Shown: in pieces, positions 28,238-42,891 of the stretch | Layout of the letters: every line of letters begins with the position of its first letter | Numbering within the stretch: position 1 is the first letter of the stretch | Assembly: GCA_038496445.1 (NCBI GenBank) | Contig: JALMLS010000310.1 | Coordinates: forward strand, 124,001-188,000 | Direction: 5' to 3' | From: Trichosphaerium sp. ATCC 40318 | Lineage: Eukaryota > Protista > Tubulinea | Length of the DNA stretch: 64,000 nt | Made by a program: the position numbers and the translations under genes | The notes under the pieces: generated by a model | Told to the model about the DNA's origin: nothing | Databases searched by the model: none | Seen by the model: the letters and a program-made list of their open reading frames with translations, nothing else

Positions 28238-29069
28238 CGGGTACGCACAGCTTTCAGCCGCTTTGGCAAGTAATTAAGGGCTACAAATTGACTCAATTGG
28301 TCTAGCTTACTTAAACGCAAGTACGGTCTTGTACAGCTGTAGGTTACTAGCACCATATTGTAAAAAATGTACTGTTCTCGTGGCTCCACAAGTCACATGT
28401 ACGTTTCATAATCGTCAGCTGTTAAGTTTGACATGTACGTGTTACCAAACAAAAAGTTGTACATATAACATAGAAACAATAGAGTGGCCTTTTGCGTGAC
28501 ACAAAATTATAAAAGATCCCATTAAGGAAGGTCACATCCTGTTTTGGGCACAATCGCCTTGTGAAATAGCGATGTAACTTTGCAATTATAACGCTATTGT
28601 AGCAACTATCGTGCTACTATTAATGTAAATTCTGTTTACAGTATTTATGCAACTAGCGATAGGTGGACTGCTAGCACTTGAGTTGTATTTGCAACTAAAG
28701 TTACAAAACCGATTTCTCATTAGATGTCCGACAAAACCAGCTTGTTTTAAAACAAAATTCTGAGTGTTGCACTCTTAACGTGGCGTGTAGCACTAAGACA
28801 CTTGTTCCTTTTGTTTCATAGAACTTGTAGGCTCCTCTTTGATGGGAATACGTCTTGTGTAAGGTTTAACAAACATGTTAATGTTAATGACATGTCTGTT
28901 TGGTTTTTTTTTTATGGGCACATGTTTTTCACTTTGTTTGACTTGTTATTTTTGAATATGGTGATTTATTTGTAGTTAATAGTTTCACAGTACGTCTTAT
29001 TATTGATCTTTAGAAATAAACAAATCAGTATCTGGCATGAAAGTAGATTTAGCTACTAATACTATCAAA

Positions 29070-31599
29070 CTACTTACCGACACCATAAAAGGACAAGTTC
29101 CAAGATTCAAGTGTAATTGAATGGCTGTCAAGGCTCTCTATTTTCAAAGTCCAATCTCCCTGTTGCAAGTGAGCAGATTGTGATAAACCTACGTATAACG
29201 CTACCTTAATATCGGTGCCCCAAAATGCAAGCGAAGTGAATGTCCAATTTTCAATATCTTCAGCACGATCATGGCTTCGTCTTGGTGTAATTATAGACTG
29301 TGTACCGTCTGGACCTATTAAACTCACTTGCAAATTACCACGTTTTTTATGTTTGATTACAGGTGAAACTGTCACGTGGTGTATTTTTGTGCTTGAAGCC
29401 TAGAAAAAATGGAACATCAATGTTGTTGTACATTGTGATTGATGACATACAGGTACAGATATGACATCACTTCCAGTTGTAGCGAAGTTCTTGTTCGGTT
29501 CTGAAGAGAATGACTTTGATACTTCTACAATACGTTTACGCCATGCCTTGGCATTGAGAACAATCTATTGACCGCTAAATTAGGAACTAGCATCTGAGTC
29601 TGAACATTACCTCTGAAGCATTAATACGACCAAAACCAAAAATATTAGAATACATCACGCCTTAATTGGAGAGTCAGCTTTGTATCAGGAAATATCAATA
29701 ATACCTGCGCTATTCTTATGCCATGATGGATTATGAAGGTCAATAGGTTGGCTTGATTGTTTGACAAGATATTGTACCTAAAAAAGAATTTATGTGTATT
29801 TTCACTAGTAGTGTTTGTTTCGTACGTCCAGCCAAGACAAATCTGGGTTTGCTTCTAGCGCGAGAGCAACTACCGCGGCTGCTAGAGGTGCTGATGTTGA
29901 TGTGCCTTTGAAGCGTTTTGTGCACTTGAATGGCTTTCCAACACGACAAGTTGTAATGCCTTTAATGATTAACTTCATAGAAGTTACAGGTTTCCTATGT
30001 ACCTTTTCCATAAAGTGACCCTCCAGGCGCAGATGTTATTACAGCAGAACAAGACTAGAAAACGTTATAATGATTCTCATTTAGGCAAACATACTTCGCT
30101 ATAAACTCCGGCTTTATCGTGCTCTGTTGTAGCACTGACTGTTAAAGTATACCGTGATGATGCATAACCATCAAAAGCGCAGCTATCTTCTCTATGGTGT
30201 ACATAAGATTAAATCCGCTCGTAACACGGGATTCAACGTACTGCCTTCTACCGTTTCCACTTGCCCATACAATAATTCCTCCGTTTCCCTGTCTTCCATT
30301 TTGAATTGTATGTTCGATAGCTTCCTTAGCTAATGCCTGTCGAGCTTATTAGTTTGTTGATATCAAGAAACATGTACTTTAGGTCCTCTCATTGTTTTGC
30401 CATCATCATTCGGTCCCCAGCTACAAGAATAGATTGAAATCTCTTGATTCTTGTAAGACAATGCAGCCGCCTTTGCTTGACTATTAACAGGTAAAAGATA
30501 TGCAGAAATTACATACTTCTTCTGCGTCTGTTGAGCACTCGCATGGACTTCTCTGTAGAATAGCTAGCCCAGCAATGCGAGCATTAAAAGCAGCACCTAC
30601 CCCGCAACTATCACCAGCAACAGCAGCAGCTACACCAGCGCACTCAGTTCCTAAAAGAGTCAATGTTAAAACATAAGCTCACTGTACTTACCGTGATAAT
30701 CACGAACGTAATTCTCTGGATATGGATCGTTTGTATTTTTATTGAAGTTCCAACTCAACTAAACAAAAAAGGGCAGTTGAGTGGCTAGATAGTTGGATTA
30801 GTTTCTTTGTACGTCTGCAGCGTAGTTGTCTTTCAAATCAGGGTGATCATACTGGACTCCATCGTCAGCAATACCGATGACTATTCCTTCCCCAGTAATG
30901 TTTTGCCTCCAGCTTGCTACAGCGCTAACCTAGAAGCTTTGGTGAGGCAAGCAAATACATAGCTTTACAAATCTAGTTTGAGATGCACTCACGCCATGCT
31001 CATTGAATAAATGCCATTCGTAACGGTATAAAGGATTGCCGGGTCCTTTTTTGGTAGTCCACCACTCAGTATCTTGACTACGTTTAGTGTGGTGGTTCAG
31101 TTCCTTCAGAGACTAAGTTAGTACAATTTATTGTGACAAGACAGCTTATAGCAATGTTGTAACGAACCTGTCTGTGATGCGCTACAATACCCCACTCAAT
31201 GTGAGCTCCAAACTCGTCTTGCTTGTCGAATGAATCGAGTACATCCAGAAATGCACGGTATTTTATTGGCAACGTGTGCTTCGCTTGTCTAGCCTCCCAT
31301 GGCTCGTGTGAAGCGCTGTTTTCGAATTTCATAACGTGCAGATGCGATAGAGAACCTACAGTTCCCCAGTAACTTAAATTATGATGTTCGGCAAATTTAT
31401 GAGCATTAGAGGCGTCCTTATGGAATGGGTAAGCATTTTACGCGTGTTGGTTTATGTACTTTGAAGTGAAGGACCCATTCATCTACATGCGTCCTAGGTT
31501 CTGCGGCATTATTGTTAGCGATAAACTAGAGAATTCGTTCGTACGTGCAACAATTAGTTGCATTGCAGCCAAAAGGCATACAACAAGTATTGAATGCAT
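29070..31599 (-). CDS. Kexin/furin-like proprotein convertase (S8B plus P domain) without a C-terminal TM
   Basis: [85 protein letters not shown], and P domain [17 protein letters not shown]...WNLSFYG. Confidence 0.93.
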
Positions 31600-31809
31600 A
31601 TGTGTACGCAAATTCTTGGTGTAGTGAGCTGGTTAGGTTTTAATGAAGTCTAAAAAAGTAGTTTCAGTACATGGTTTACAAAGTGTCACTTTGATAATGT
31701 TACAAACATCAACAACCTACCAAGCCGCAACAAACGTTATTAGTAACAGTTTAGGGTATGACGCAGAAATAAGTGACTTAATGATTCCTCTGCTTGGATT
31801 TAACGCAGT

Positions 31810-34772
31810 ATGAGCGCTCAAGCATCTCCTCTATCTCACTCATGTAAGTTTTGGTTGTCAAACGTGAATAACGCCCTTAGCTTTGAAATACCTTCGCCTG
31901 ACTAGGGAAACATTCCAGACACCGATTCTAGTGGTTGGCGCAGGTGGAATTGGCTGTGAGTTGTTAAAAAACCTTGTTTTAACGGGTTTTATCAATATAC
32001 ATGTAGTACGCCATCTATGCGCTCATAGGCGCTGCCAGAGGAATTTTTTTGTATTAATTTGAAAACAGATTGATCTTGATACAATCGATATTAGCAACCT
32101 CAATAGGCAGTTTCTGTTCTCTAGACCACATGTTGGCATGTCTAAAGCAAAGGTAATTAAAACAATTTTCTAATTACTTCCCACGCGCCGCATACCATCC
32201 AGCTTTATCTCCTATGCGTCTAGCGTAAAACTACGAATTATTTAAAAAAAACCGCGCTAACTAATACCAAACCGTATACTATGTTCCAAGCGCATTACCA
32301 GACACCGTTACATCAAACGAAATTACTCAAACGATTTTTCAGGTAGCTGCAGAAACAGTACTTAAATACAACCCCAACGCAAAGATAGTCGCCCACCATG
32401 GAAACGTTAAATCACCTGAGTTTGGTCCAAGCTATGTCAGTAAATTCAAGGTTGTATTAAACGCCTTGGACAACTTATCTGCACGTCGACATGTCAATAG
32501 GTATGATTATTTAATTATTTATTTAATTTTTTTATTTTTACATTTTGACGGTGCTTTAAAGGGTTTGTCTGGCTGCAAATGTACCACTTATAGACTCTGG
32601 AACTGAAGGGTACTTGGGTCAGGTACTTCACAGATTTTATAAACAGCCCACAATTGTTGCAATGCATTGAACTTACTTAAGCTAACTGTTTTTGTTAACA
32701 AAAAGGTTCAAGTATTTTCAGTGCCTAGACAAGATGGTAAAAATTCAGAATGCTTCGAGTGTGATCCTAAGCAACCACCAAAAACATATCCTGTATGTAC
32801 AGTACGGTCTAATCCAACGAAACCAATTCACTGTATCGTATGGGCAAAAATGCTTTTCGGGTATGTTTGTAACAAAATTGTCAACGTCTTTGTCTCTCAA
32901 AAGGCGTTGAAATAACGTTAGTGTAGTCGCTTGTTTGGTCAGGAGAATGATGAAAATGCTGTTACAGACTTTGATGATACCAAAATGGCAGAAAATCAAG
33001 AAAACGAAGGCGATGATGTTGTTGCGTCTACAAAAGGTAAAAATAGATCAACTTGATTGATAAGCTATTTTTGATTGATTAGTAACTTTTTTTTGTGTCT
33101 AGAGGAGAGAAAGTTAGTAGATGATGATAAGGTTGTCTTACAGAAGGAGAAACAATCAGATGAATCACGATATGTTTTTCATAAAGTTTTTTCAACAGAT
33201 ATAATACAGTTGGCTGTTTATAGCAAAAAATTGTATCAAGGAAAGGATAAAAAACCGCCTGTACCATTGAGTTTTGATATTGCTTTACAAACAAGGGTAT
33301 GATTGAAAAATGTTTTTTTTTTATTTTACTTTTTTTGTTTGTTTTTTGGCTTGCTTGTTGGTTTTATTCTCTACTCACTACTTGATAGACAAAGAAGGTT
33401 AATGAGGGTGTATTGGAAGATCAAGTTATAAAGAGTATAGATGAGTATGCAAAAGATTTCTATACAGTGTACGTAACTGTGTATTATTTTTTTGTTCTTT
33501 CAATCAACTCTTTTTTTTTTTTTTGTGCTACCTATGTTGGTGTGTTTACATTTATTTTTACTTAAATAGTATGAATAAATTACAAGGGAGAAGAAAAACA
33601 GAAGGAGATATGACTTGGGATAAGGATGACGAAGATCATCTTGAGTTTGTTACGGCTGTATCAAATATCCGTTCTCACATTTTTCACATTAAAAAACAAT
33701 CAAAATTTACAGTAAAGTGTACGCCAGTAGTTTTTGTTTTTGGCATCTCCTTGTGTATACCCATTATGCTTACATTCCTTCTAGCAAAGGCTGGTAATAT
33801 TATACCTGCTATTGCAACTACAAACGCTGTTATCGCTGGTTTGCTTGTAATTGAAGCGATAAAAGTTATTAACCAACAATATGATGCTTGCAGATATGTT
33901 CGTACTTTGCTGTTTTTTAAGGTTCTCTAATTTTCTTCTTTATTTTAGACTTACTACTCGAAACAACCTCTTGCAGATCGTCTTTTAGTACCACAAAATC
34001 TAGGTTGTCCATCATCAGCTTGCTTTGTTTGTCAAGTATCCAGAGTAAATATAAAAGTGAACACAGAAGAGATGACATTTAGTGATTTTTTGGAGAATAT
34101 TATTCTCAAAGAACTTAACATGGTTTCACCAACAGTGATTGTGGGAACGTACGTGATTATACAAAGGCACAAAAAGTATCTGAATTTACTGTTAGTGAGA
34201 TTATTTATGAAGCTGGGGAGGATGCTGAAGATTTTGAAGGACAGCTGCCTAAGCTTTTAAAAGATGATGGAATTTTTATACGAAATAATGCCGATGTTCG
34301 TGTTGTAGATCAAGATATACAAGATTTTACAATTGAAATCAATATTGTACATGGGTACGTAGTACTGGGTTTTAGGACGATGAGAAAGAAACGGTTTCTG
34401 AGCGAGTAGCTTTGTTTTTATTGGATTTTTTTTTTCTAATGTTTTCTTTTTTTTTAGAACGTTTGAAGAAGAAGGTCCTCAGTTCCAGATTTTACGTACT
34501 AATACTCATAAACCAAGTGAACCAAGTGCACCAAGTGTATGTTATCTATATATGATAGGATGGTGATTTTTACTAACGTATTAGGCTGATGCTATGGAAG
34601 TTGAAGGACAGGCTTCACGCCGAAATCAGTCCAAGAAACGAAAACGCTCGCTTGGAGCAAGTACGTCAATCGTATCTTTTTAAAGCTTCATTACTGATTT
34701 TTTGTTAAAGGTGATACCGATGCACCAGAAAAGAAGAAAACAAGACTGCCTGATCCAATGATAATCGATTAA
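31810..34772 (+). CDS. UBA2: SUMO-activating enzyme subunit 2
   Basis: [46 protein letters not shown], catalytic [49 protein letters not shown], an NLS and a terminal SIM-like PMIID. Confidence 0.95.
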
Positions 34773-34904
34773 ACAATACAAATGTACAACAAAAATTTTC
34801 TGAAAGAAACAAAAACACGTGTTCCTTGCGGATTTTTGTATAAAGCGGGATATTATTTCATGTGTTGTTGTGATGGGTACTCTGTGCTTCAGTATTCATG
34901 GGTT

Positions 34905-37900
34905 TTAGCGTACTATTGCTTGTGGCCCAGTACTGCCATTTGCAATTTCACTGGATAGTGTTCTGATAGTAGAATTGTCCATACAAATACATGCTCTTGT
35001 CTTGTGAATAAAGAAAGAGTTTACTGTGATTGCTATTTTAAAAATAAAACGATTAGCATCATACACAATAGTGATGTCTTGAGGTATTGGTGTACCTGAA
35101 CCGAGGATAATAAACAAAGAAACAAGAAGAAATCGTGTAAATCTATCAATGTCTGTTGTTGCCAATACAACACTCAATATCGCAAAGAAAGCGACATTGT
35201 AAACTGTAAAGAAGATGATCTTTGATTCGTTGAATCTCTTGATTGGTATTGTACGTATTCTAAAAGCGTACACACTACACACCAACAACAAGAATGCCTA
35301 TGTACATATTAATATCAGTTACACCATAGATGAACAGACGTACATTGGATGCACCGATGATGTACAGTACTACCTTAAATGCAATATCATAATCACATGA
35401 ATGATAGTTTTGATAGACTCTGATTGAATCAACAATGACTGTACTTCTTTCAAACTTTCCAACCGCTGTCTAGATATTATTTAGACTATTTGTACTCGAA
35501 AACACTTCTTGTACCAATAGTATGAGGAGTACAAGGTGGCAACCAACAAGACTACTGACCCATAAAAGAACTACCTTGTCACTTATTCGAATTAAAGCCA
35601 TTGATTTCAAGGAATACAATCTATCAAGTCTTAGAGTCTTTCCAAGAAGCGGCCTAGAGGTAATATGACTTAGTTAGTGCTTTCTTTTCGAAACATAAGG
35701 GCTCAGTGAAATTATTTACCCAAAAAGAAGAATGAATCCAAGATCTAGTATCCAAATGGATATTACGCATGTTGCCTTTGAGATCACGTTTGGAAGTATT
35801 GTGAATACTGAACAGTACAATAAAGTGCTTCCAAGAATCATCAAACCCATGAATAAAGGTGATGAAGCCTTTACTTTACTATCATGTAAGTTGAGAGGAA
35901 GAAATATTGCCCATCCGATATTGATACAAAAGAAAATAATGGCAATGATTGTCACAACTATTTCTGTCCAATGACCTGAGAACAAACAAACATCAATACA
36001 AGAAGGTGTTCAATAAATGTGTTTTACCGTATTGTGGATCAAAGATACGTTAATGCCATTTTGGAATTGGATAGATCAAGTCTGCTTGTTTTGTTGTTGG
36101 TGGTCCTACAATGTAAATTAGTCCATCTATCACGGTTGTTCGATGTACCTATTAGAAGCAGTGTGAAATTGTTTTTCACTTGGAGATGTAACCAGTCTCT
36201 GAAAAAAGGTATTAGCCACGTTACATTTTTGGTTATTGATGTTTGTCATAAATATCGGACTTACCTTTGTTGTATGGCTTTCCCATTCCATGAGTATTGT
36301 CCAAAAATTGTATCATACTTTGTACCAACTATTTCATCATACAGAAACTCGTCAAGCTACATAAAGCAACTTAACAACTAACGAAAACAGTTCTGGAGAA
36401 AACGTACATTTAGCTCGTTACAATTACACCCAGTAGCGTTTGATGAATTGCTCGTTTTGAACTCGAGTCCAGAATAAGAATTAAACTATGTAAGTTTGTT
36501 AAGGTTTGAGCTTGTACTCTAATGTCACATACTTGGATAGAAGCGTTGTTTTCCTCGTAGGCGCGTTTAATACCTTCGTTTAAAACTGAAAACAATGCCG
36601 CATACGCCATACCTGTATCAGAAATTTGAAATCCATACTGTTCTTCAAAACCTTGTCTCAGTGATGTGATATTACCATACTCATTTGTTGGAGCAAATCT
36701 CACATCATTCGAAAACTGCAAGTTGTATTAACATATGAAAAGCAGTACTTACATTACCTCACGGACAATAGTAACATATTCCCAAAGCTTGGGGTCTAAA
36801 GCTGATAGACGTTGGAAAGCAGTTTGTGTAGCAGCAACATATCTCGGAGTGTAATCAACCTCGCGAAGAGTATTCATTACACCTCCAACAACGTCAGTTA
36901 ATGTACTGCAAAAGAACCTAAGTAAGAAGATAAGTGTTAATAACAGAAACAAATTTTTGAAAGAAGAAACTTACCATGCATCTGCATCATCCTGCATTGC
37001 GAGAAATGCTGTTTGAGTGATATTTTCAATTAAATCATTGTCATAGGTTGTAAATGGTGAATTTAAATAACTCATATTAAAGGTCGTCTATATTGGTTAT
37101 AAGAGTTTAATATCTTTAGATATGGGTGCTTTAGCCATACATGTTATGCCATATTCGCTTATGACTTTGAATCCTTGAAGTCTAAGTTCATCTTTGAACA
37201 CGGAGTTAGTGCACCTATCAATGGTAGATTAGAACAATAGCAGAGTAATAAGTAGAATGGGAAATACACGTATTAAAACCAGTACATACCTGGAACCAGC
37301 CGTATCGTCAAGGTAGATCAACGTGATTGTGCTTGCTCCAGCTATTCGAAGAGAAGGTAACGTAACAAAGAAACTCGAGTCAGACGAGAGTCCAACAGAC
37401 AGACCGTATTTCATGCCAGCTGCTTGTGTATTGAATAAATTTTCTGTAGATACTACAACATGTCAGTTGGTATGATGTCTTTCAAAGTATTAGCCAGAAC
37501 TTACACAATAGTCGTTTGTTGTCAGACATTAGGTCAATAATGTTAGGTGCATGGCCAGCCACGATGGGTGATAAAAAGAAAGATACAGATGGGTCACTGA
37601 GACCTTCTCTGTACAAGTCTTCTGTATAACTCAAATTACCTCCACCGTTAATGAGACTAAAAGTAGCTGAGTATTATGTTTGCATGATTGGTTTAAAACT
37701 AGAGAAGAAGTAGAATTTCGGGTAAAAACAATTTCAACTGCGTTTTTCCGTAAATTGTACACTTTATGTGCTCATGAAATAAACACGTGTATTTTGAAAG
37801 AAGAATTTTCTAGAGGAAAATTGTGTTTACGCACTTTATTCTAAGCCTTATTCTTTCGCCATTAATCTCTGCTGCTTCACCGCTTTCTAGTAACACATCT

Positions 37901-38514
37901 CCTAAGTATTCGATACTGTCTCTATTTAACAATTATCAGGAGTGGACAAATAAGATTGGGCTGAATAAACACTAAAGAAGGAAATGTGATTTGATCCACG
38001 TGTTGGGAAAAGGCAACTTACCTAAATCTATCTATGAAGACTTCAGCACTAGGCACCCAAAACCCAACCCATACTTGTAGTTGTAAGTACTTTATATTAG
38101 AGCCGTAAAATTGCCGGCAGTAAGTTTATAGAACTAGCACAAAAATTTTAGCTAGAGGTAGGCGTTTTGCGGCTACATATGGCCAACCATTCAAGGTTCT
38201 TCTAGATGGCTAAAAATAGAACCAGATAGTAAGATATTATAAAAGTGCAAAAACTCGTTTTACTGTCTAATTTCTTAACCATTAGCTACTAATTTTGTAG
38301 CAGCTAAGCCGGGACCGTACCAAGACCACCTCTAACTCAAGGAGAGCATATGTCATAAAATGGTTTTCAAATAATGCCGGTTCGCAATGTGTAAAATTAA
38401 TGTCTATTAAAACCCGGTTTTCTACGCACGTAGAGTGACGTTCTTGTATCCATGTGTCAAATTAACCGTCATGAGTATTAAAAAAGCGATCCTGAGCACG
38501 TTTGAGACGCGCAT
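34905..38514 (-). CDS. Class C GPCR (Grl/GABA-B-like), copy 1
   Basis: Signal peptide MRVSNVLRIAFLILMTVNLTHG, an ectodomain of roughly 400 aa resembling a periplasmic-binding (Venus flytrap) domain, and a 7TM region with KASSPLFM, LGFILLFG.LL.KT.RL and RIRTIPIKRFNESK. The tail may be frameshifted (alternative stop at 34858). Confidence 0.88.
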
Positions 38515-38868
38515 TATGCCCCTATTAATGCATAAGCGTTGTAAATACGAAAAAGTTCGTGGTGCAACAGTTTACTTAACAACAACTACAAATCAAGATA
38601 TTGTGATCAAGAACGCTGGTTAGAGCCAGACGCGTAGTGTAAGCTAGTTTAAACTGCCCCACTAATAACAACTGCAAATAGAATACGTTTTGACTACTTA
38701 CGGTATTTATAGGTTATTGAGATGAACTGTGCTTTGTTGTTTTTCGATTATGCGAAGTTAATTATGCGTATTTCGGACTTTTTCAACCATGACTTAATCA
38801 TTTTATCGCGAAAAGGGCCATCGCAAGTTCAGAAATGGATTTTTTTATTTAAACAGGATATAGTTTTC

Positions 38869-41800
38869 TCATTTGTTTCTATGCGTGCTTGTACTCTGTG
38901 TTTCAGTAATAGCAGGTTTTGATATTTTGGCTGTTTGTGACCCAATACTGCCATTCATCATCTCGCTAGAGTGTGTTCTGATACTAGAATTGTCCATACA
39001 AATACATGCTCTTGTCTTGTGAATAAAGAAAGAGTTTACTGTGATTGCTATTTTAAAAATAAAACGATTAGCATCATACACAATAGTGATGTCTTGAGGT
39101 ATTGGTGTACCTGAACCGAGGATAATAAACAATGAAACAAGAAGAAATCTTGTGAATCTGTCAATGTCTGTCGTAGCCAATACAACGCTCAATATCGCAA
39201 AAAAAGCGACATTGTAAACTGTAAAGAAGATGATCTTTGATTCGTTGAATCTCTTGATTGGTATTGTACGTATTCTAAAAGCGTACACACTACACACCAA
39301 CAACAAGAATGCCTATTTACGTATTAATATCAGGTAAGCCATAGATTAACAGACGTACATTGGATGCACCTATGATGTACAGTATGACCTTAAATGCAAT
39401 ATCATAATCACATGAATGATAGTTTTGATAGACTTTGATTGGATCAACGACAACTATACTTCTTTCAAACTTTCCAACTGCTGTCTACGATACAACTTAG
39501 ACCTGTGTGTTGAAACGCAATGTTTTGTACCAATAGTATGAGGAGTACAAGGTGGCAACCAACAAGGCTACTGACCCATAAAAGAACCATCTTGTCACTT
39601 ATTCTTATTATTTCTGTTGATTTCAAATGATACAATCTATCAAGTCTTAGAGTCTTTCCAAGAAGCGGCCTAGAGGTGATATATTAAGCCTTCAGTCTTG
39701 ATTGCGCTGATCACTTACCCAAAAAGAAGAATGAATCCAAGATCTAGTATCCAAATGGATATTACGCATGTTGCCTTTGAGATCACGTTTGGAAGTATTG
39801 TGAATACTGAACAGTACAATAAAGTGCTTCCAAGAATCATCAAACCCATGAATAAAGGTGATGAAGCCTTTACTTTACTATCATGTAAGTTGAGAGGAAG
39901 AAATATTGCCCATCCGATATTGATACAAAAGAAAATAATGGCAATGATTGTCACAACTATTTCTGTCCAATGACCTGAGAACAAACGAACATCAATACAA
40001 GAAGATGTTCAATAAATGTGTTTTACCGTATTGTGGATCAAAGATACGTTCATGCCATTTTGGAATTGGATAGATCAAGTCTGCTTGTTTTGTTGTTGGT
40101 GGTCCTACAATGTAAATTAGTCCATCTATCGCGGTTGTTCGATGTACCTATTAGAAGCAGTGTGAAATTGTTTTTCACTTGGAGATGTAACCAGTCTCTG
40201 AAAAAAGGTATTAGCCACGTTACATTTTTGGTTATTGATGTTTGTCATAAATATCGGACTTACCTTTGTTGTATGGCTTTCCCATTCCATGAGTACTGTC
40301 CATATATCGTATCATACCTCGTACCAACTATTTCATCATAGAGAAACTCGTCAAGCTACATGAAGCAACTTAACAACTAACAAAAACAGTTCTGGAGAAA
40401 ACGTACATTTAGCTCGTTACAATTACACCCAGTAGCGTTTGATGAATTGCTCGTTTTAAACTCGAGTCCAGAATAAGAATTAAACTATACAATTAGTAGG
40501 TTTGAGCTTGTACTCTAATGTCACATACTTGGATAGAAGCGTTGTTTTCCTCGTAGGCGCGTTTAATGCCATTGTTTAAAATAGAAAATACTACTGAATA
40601 CACCATACTTGTATCAGAAAGGTTATATCCATACTGTTCTTCAAAACCCTGTCTCAGCGATGTGATATTACCATAATCTTTTGTTGGAGGAAATATTACA
40701 TCATCTGAGAACTGGAAGCTGCATTAATATGAGAAAAGCTCGTTTTCAAGTACCTCACGGACAATAGTAGCATATTCCCAAAGCTTGGGGTCTAAAGCTG
40801 ATAGACGTTGGAAAGCAGTTTGTGTAGCAGCAACATATCTCGGAGTGTAATCAACCTCGCGAAGAGTATTCATTACACCTCCAACAATGTCAGTTATTGG
40901 AGTACAAAAGAACCTAAATAAGAAGCAGTCAGTAACAAAGTTTTGAAAGAAGAAACTTACCATGCATCTGCATCATCATGCATTGCGAGAAATGCTGTTT
41001 GAGTGATATTTACAAGGAGATCTTTGTTGTTATATTTCGTAAATGGCAGACTTACATAGCTTGCATTAGTCTCGCCTAAAAATAGATAGATTGTAAGACG
41101 TAAATATCTTATAAATGGATGTTATAGCCACAAGTACTTGTTACGACATATTCGCTTATGACTTTGAATCCTTGAAGTCTAAGTTCATCTCTGAACACGG
41201 AGTTAGTGCACCTATCAAAGGTAGATTAGAACAATAGCAGAGTAAGTATGAAAGTAAAATATATTATAAAGTAGTTACCTTGTACCAATTGAGTCGTTGG
41301 TATAGATCAACGTGATTGTGCTTGCTCCAGCTATTCGAAGAGAAGGCAATGTAACAAAGAAACTTGAGTCCGACGAGAGTCCAACAGATAGACTGTATCT
41401 TGAGCCAGCTGCTTGTGTATTGAATATAGTACTTGTAGATACTACGACATGTCAGTTGGGTATTATGTCTTCAAAGTTTTAGACCCAGAACTTACGCAAT
41501 AAGCGTTCGTTGTCGGACATTAGTTCAATAATGTTAGGTGCATGATCATTGACAATTGGTGATAAAAAGAAAGATACAGAAGGATCGTTAAGGCCTTCTC
41601 TGTACAACTCTTCTGTATAACTCATATTACCTCCACCGTTAATGAGACTAAAAGGAACTGAGCATTATTATATGTTTTGGAATACCAGAAAATATATGAA
41701 GGTGACGTTTGGTTGTTTACAAAAAAACACGTTTTGAGAAAAGAAGAATTTTTCTAGAGGTAGAGTCACGTTTACGCACTTTATTCTAAGCCTTATTCTT

Positions 41801-42295
41801 TCGCCATTAATCTCCGCTGCTTCACCACTTTCTAGTAACACATCTCCTAAGTATTCAATACCGTCTCTATTTAACTACTATCAGTGGACATACGATCGAG
41901 TTTAAAAAAAATAAAACACCCAAAAATAATTTTTATACCACGTGTTGGTAAAACAGTGACCTACCTAAATCTATCAATTAAAGGTCCACTTGTACTTGCC
42001 CATGATCCAATCCAAACTAATAGCAAAAAGTAAGTCGTAGCAGAAAAAACTGTCGAGTACTGCAATAAAAAGGGTAACAAATGGATTTCAAAGTGCTGAG
42101 GATACGGGCCGCAAATCTGAGTAGAGCGGAGCGCACGGACGAAACTAAAATACTGATACTGCCAATAAGGCCAACATAAAATTAGGTCCTAAAACCGCGT
42201 TCCTACGCACGTAGAGTAACGTTCTTGTATCCACTTATCCCATTAACCGCCATGAATATTAAAAACGTGATTGTAATTATATTCGAGAAGCCCAT
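38869..42295 (-). CDS. Class C GPCR, copy 2
   Basis: Start MGFSNIITITFLIFMAVNGISGYKNVTL, with the same exon structure and 7TM motifs as copy 1. Confidence 0.88.
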
Positions 42296-42526
42296 TTTGC
42301 CCTACTGATGTGTTAGTTGTAAAGTGAATATCACATGACGAATTAACGAGTTTGTTTTCCAACAAACTACAAATCAAAGATAATTAATTTCACAAGGAGT
42401 GCTAGAATTGTAGTGTAAAGTTATTTAAGCTGCATTTACGAAAAGAAAGCCACAAATAGGATGAATTATAGGTTACTTACGTTGTATTTATTTAATCAGG
42501 ACGCGTAGTTTGTTTTAAGTATGAAC

Positions 42527-42891
42527 TAACGCCCTTCCGTTATGAATGAATACTTTGAATATTCAAATACAGCCTACATTCACAAATATTCACGACTAAA
42601 AAAATTCATTCATTATTCATGCACACAGTAAACGGTCGAAAATTGTGCAATTTGATGGCTGATTTTGACTGGATTTGTGGGTTTTGGTGTTCTGTTGACT
42701 GTCCAATTCGGTTTTCAAATGCAACTTGTTGAATCTATCCATTTGTAACATCGCTAGGTGCTACAAACCAAAAGCTCCTCAACTTCCTGACTCATCAAAC
42801 GCCCATGAATATTCATGAATGAATATTAATGAATATGGCTCATGGGACAATGAATATGAATATTGCTTGTATTCATAACGGAAGGGCGTTA
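42527..42891. mobile_element. Non-autonomous hAT-type DNA transposon (MITE), 365 bp
   Basis: Perfect 21-bp TIRs TAACGCCCTTCCGTTATGAAT (42527-42547 and 42871-42891), an 8-bp TSD GTATGAAC (42519-42526 and 42892-42899) and subterminal TGAATATT/ATTCA repeats. No ORF. Confidence 0.9.
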
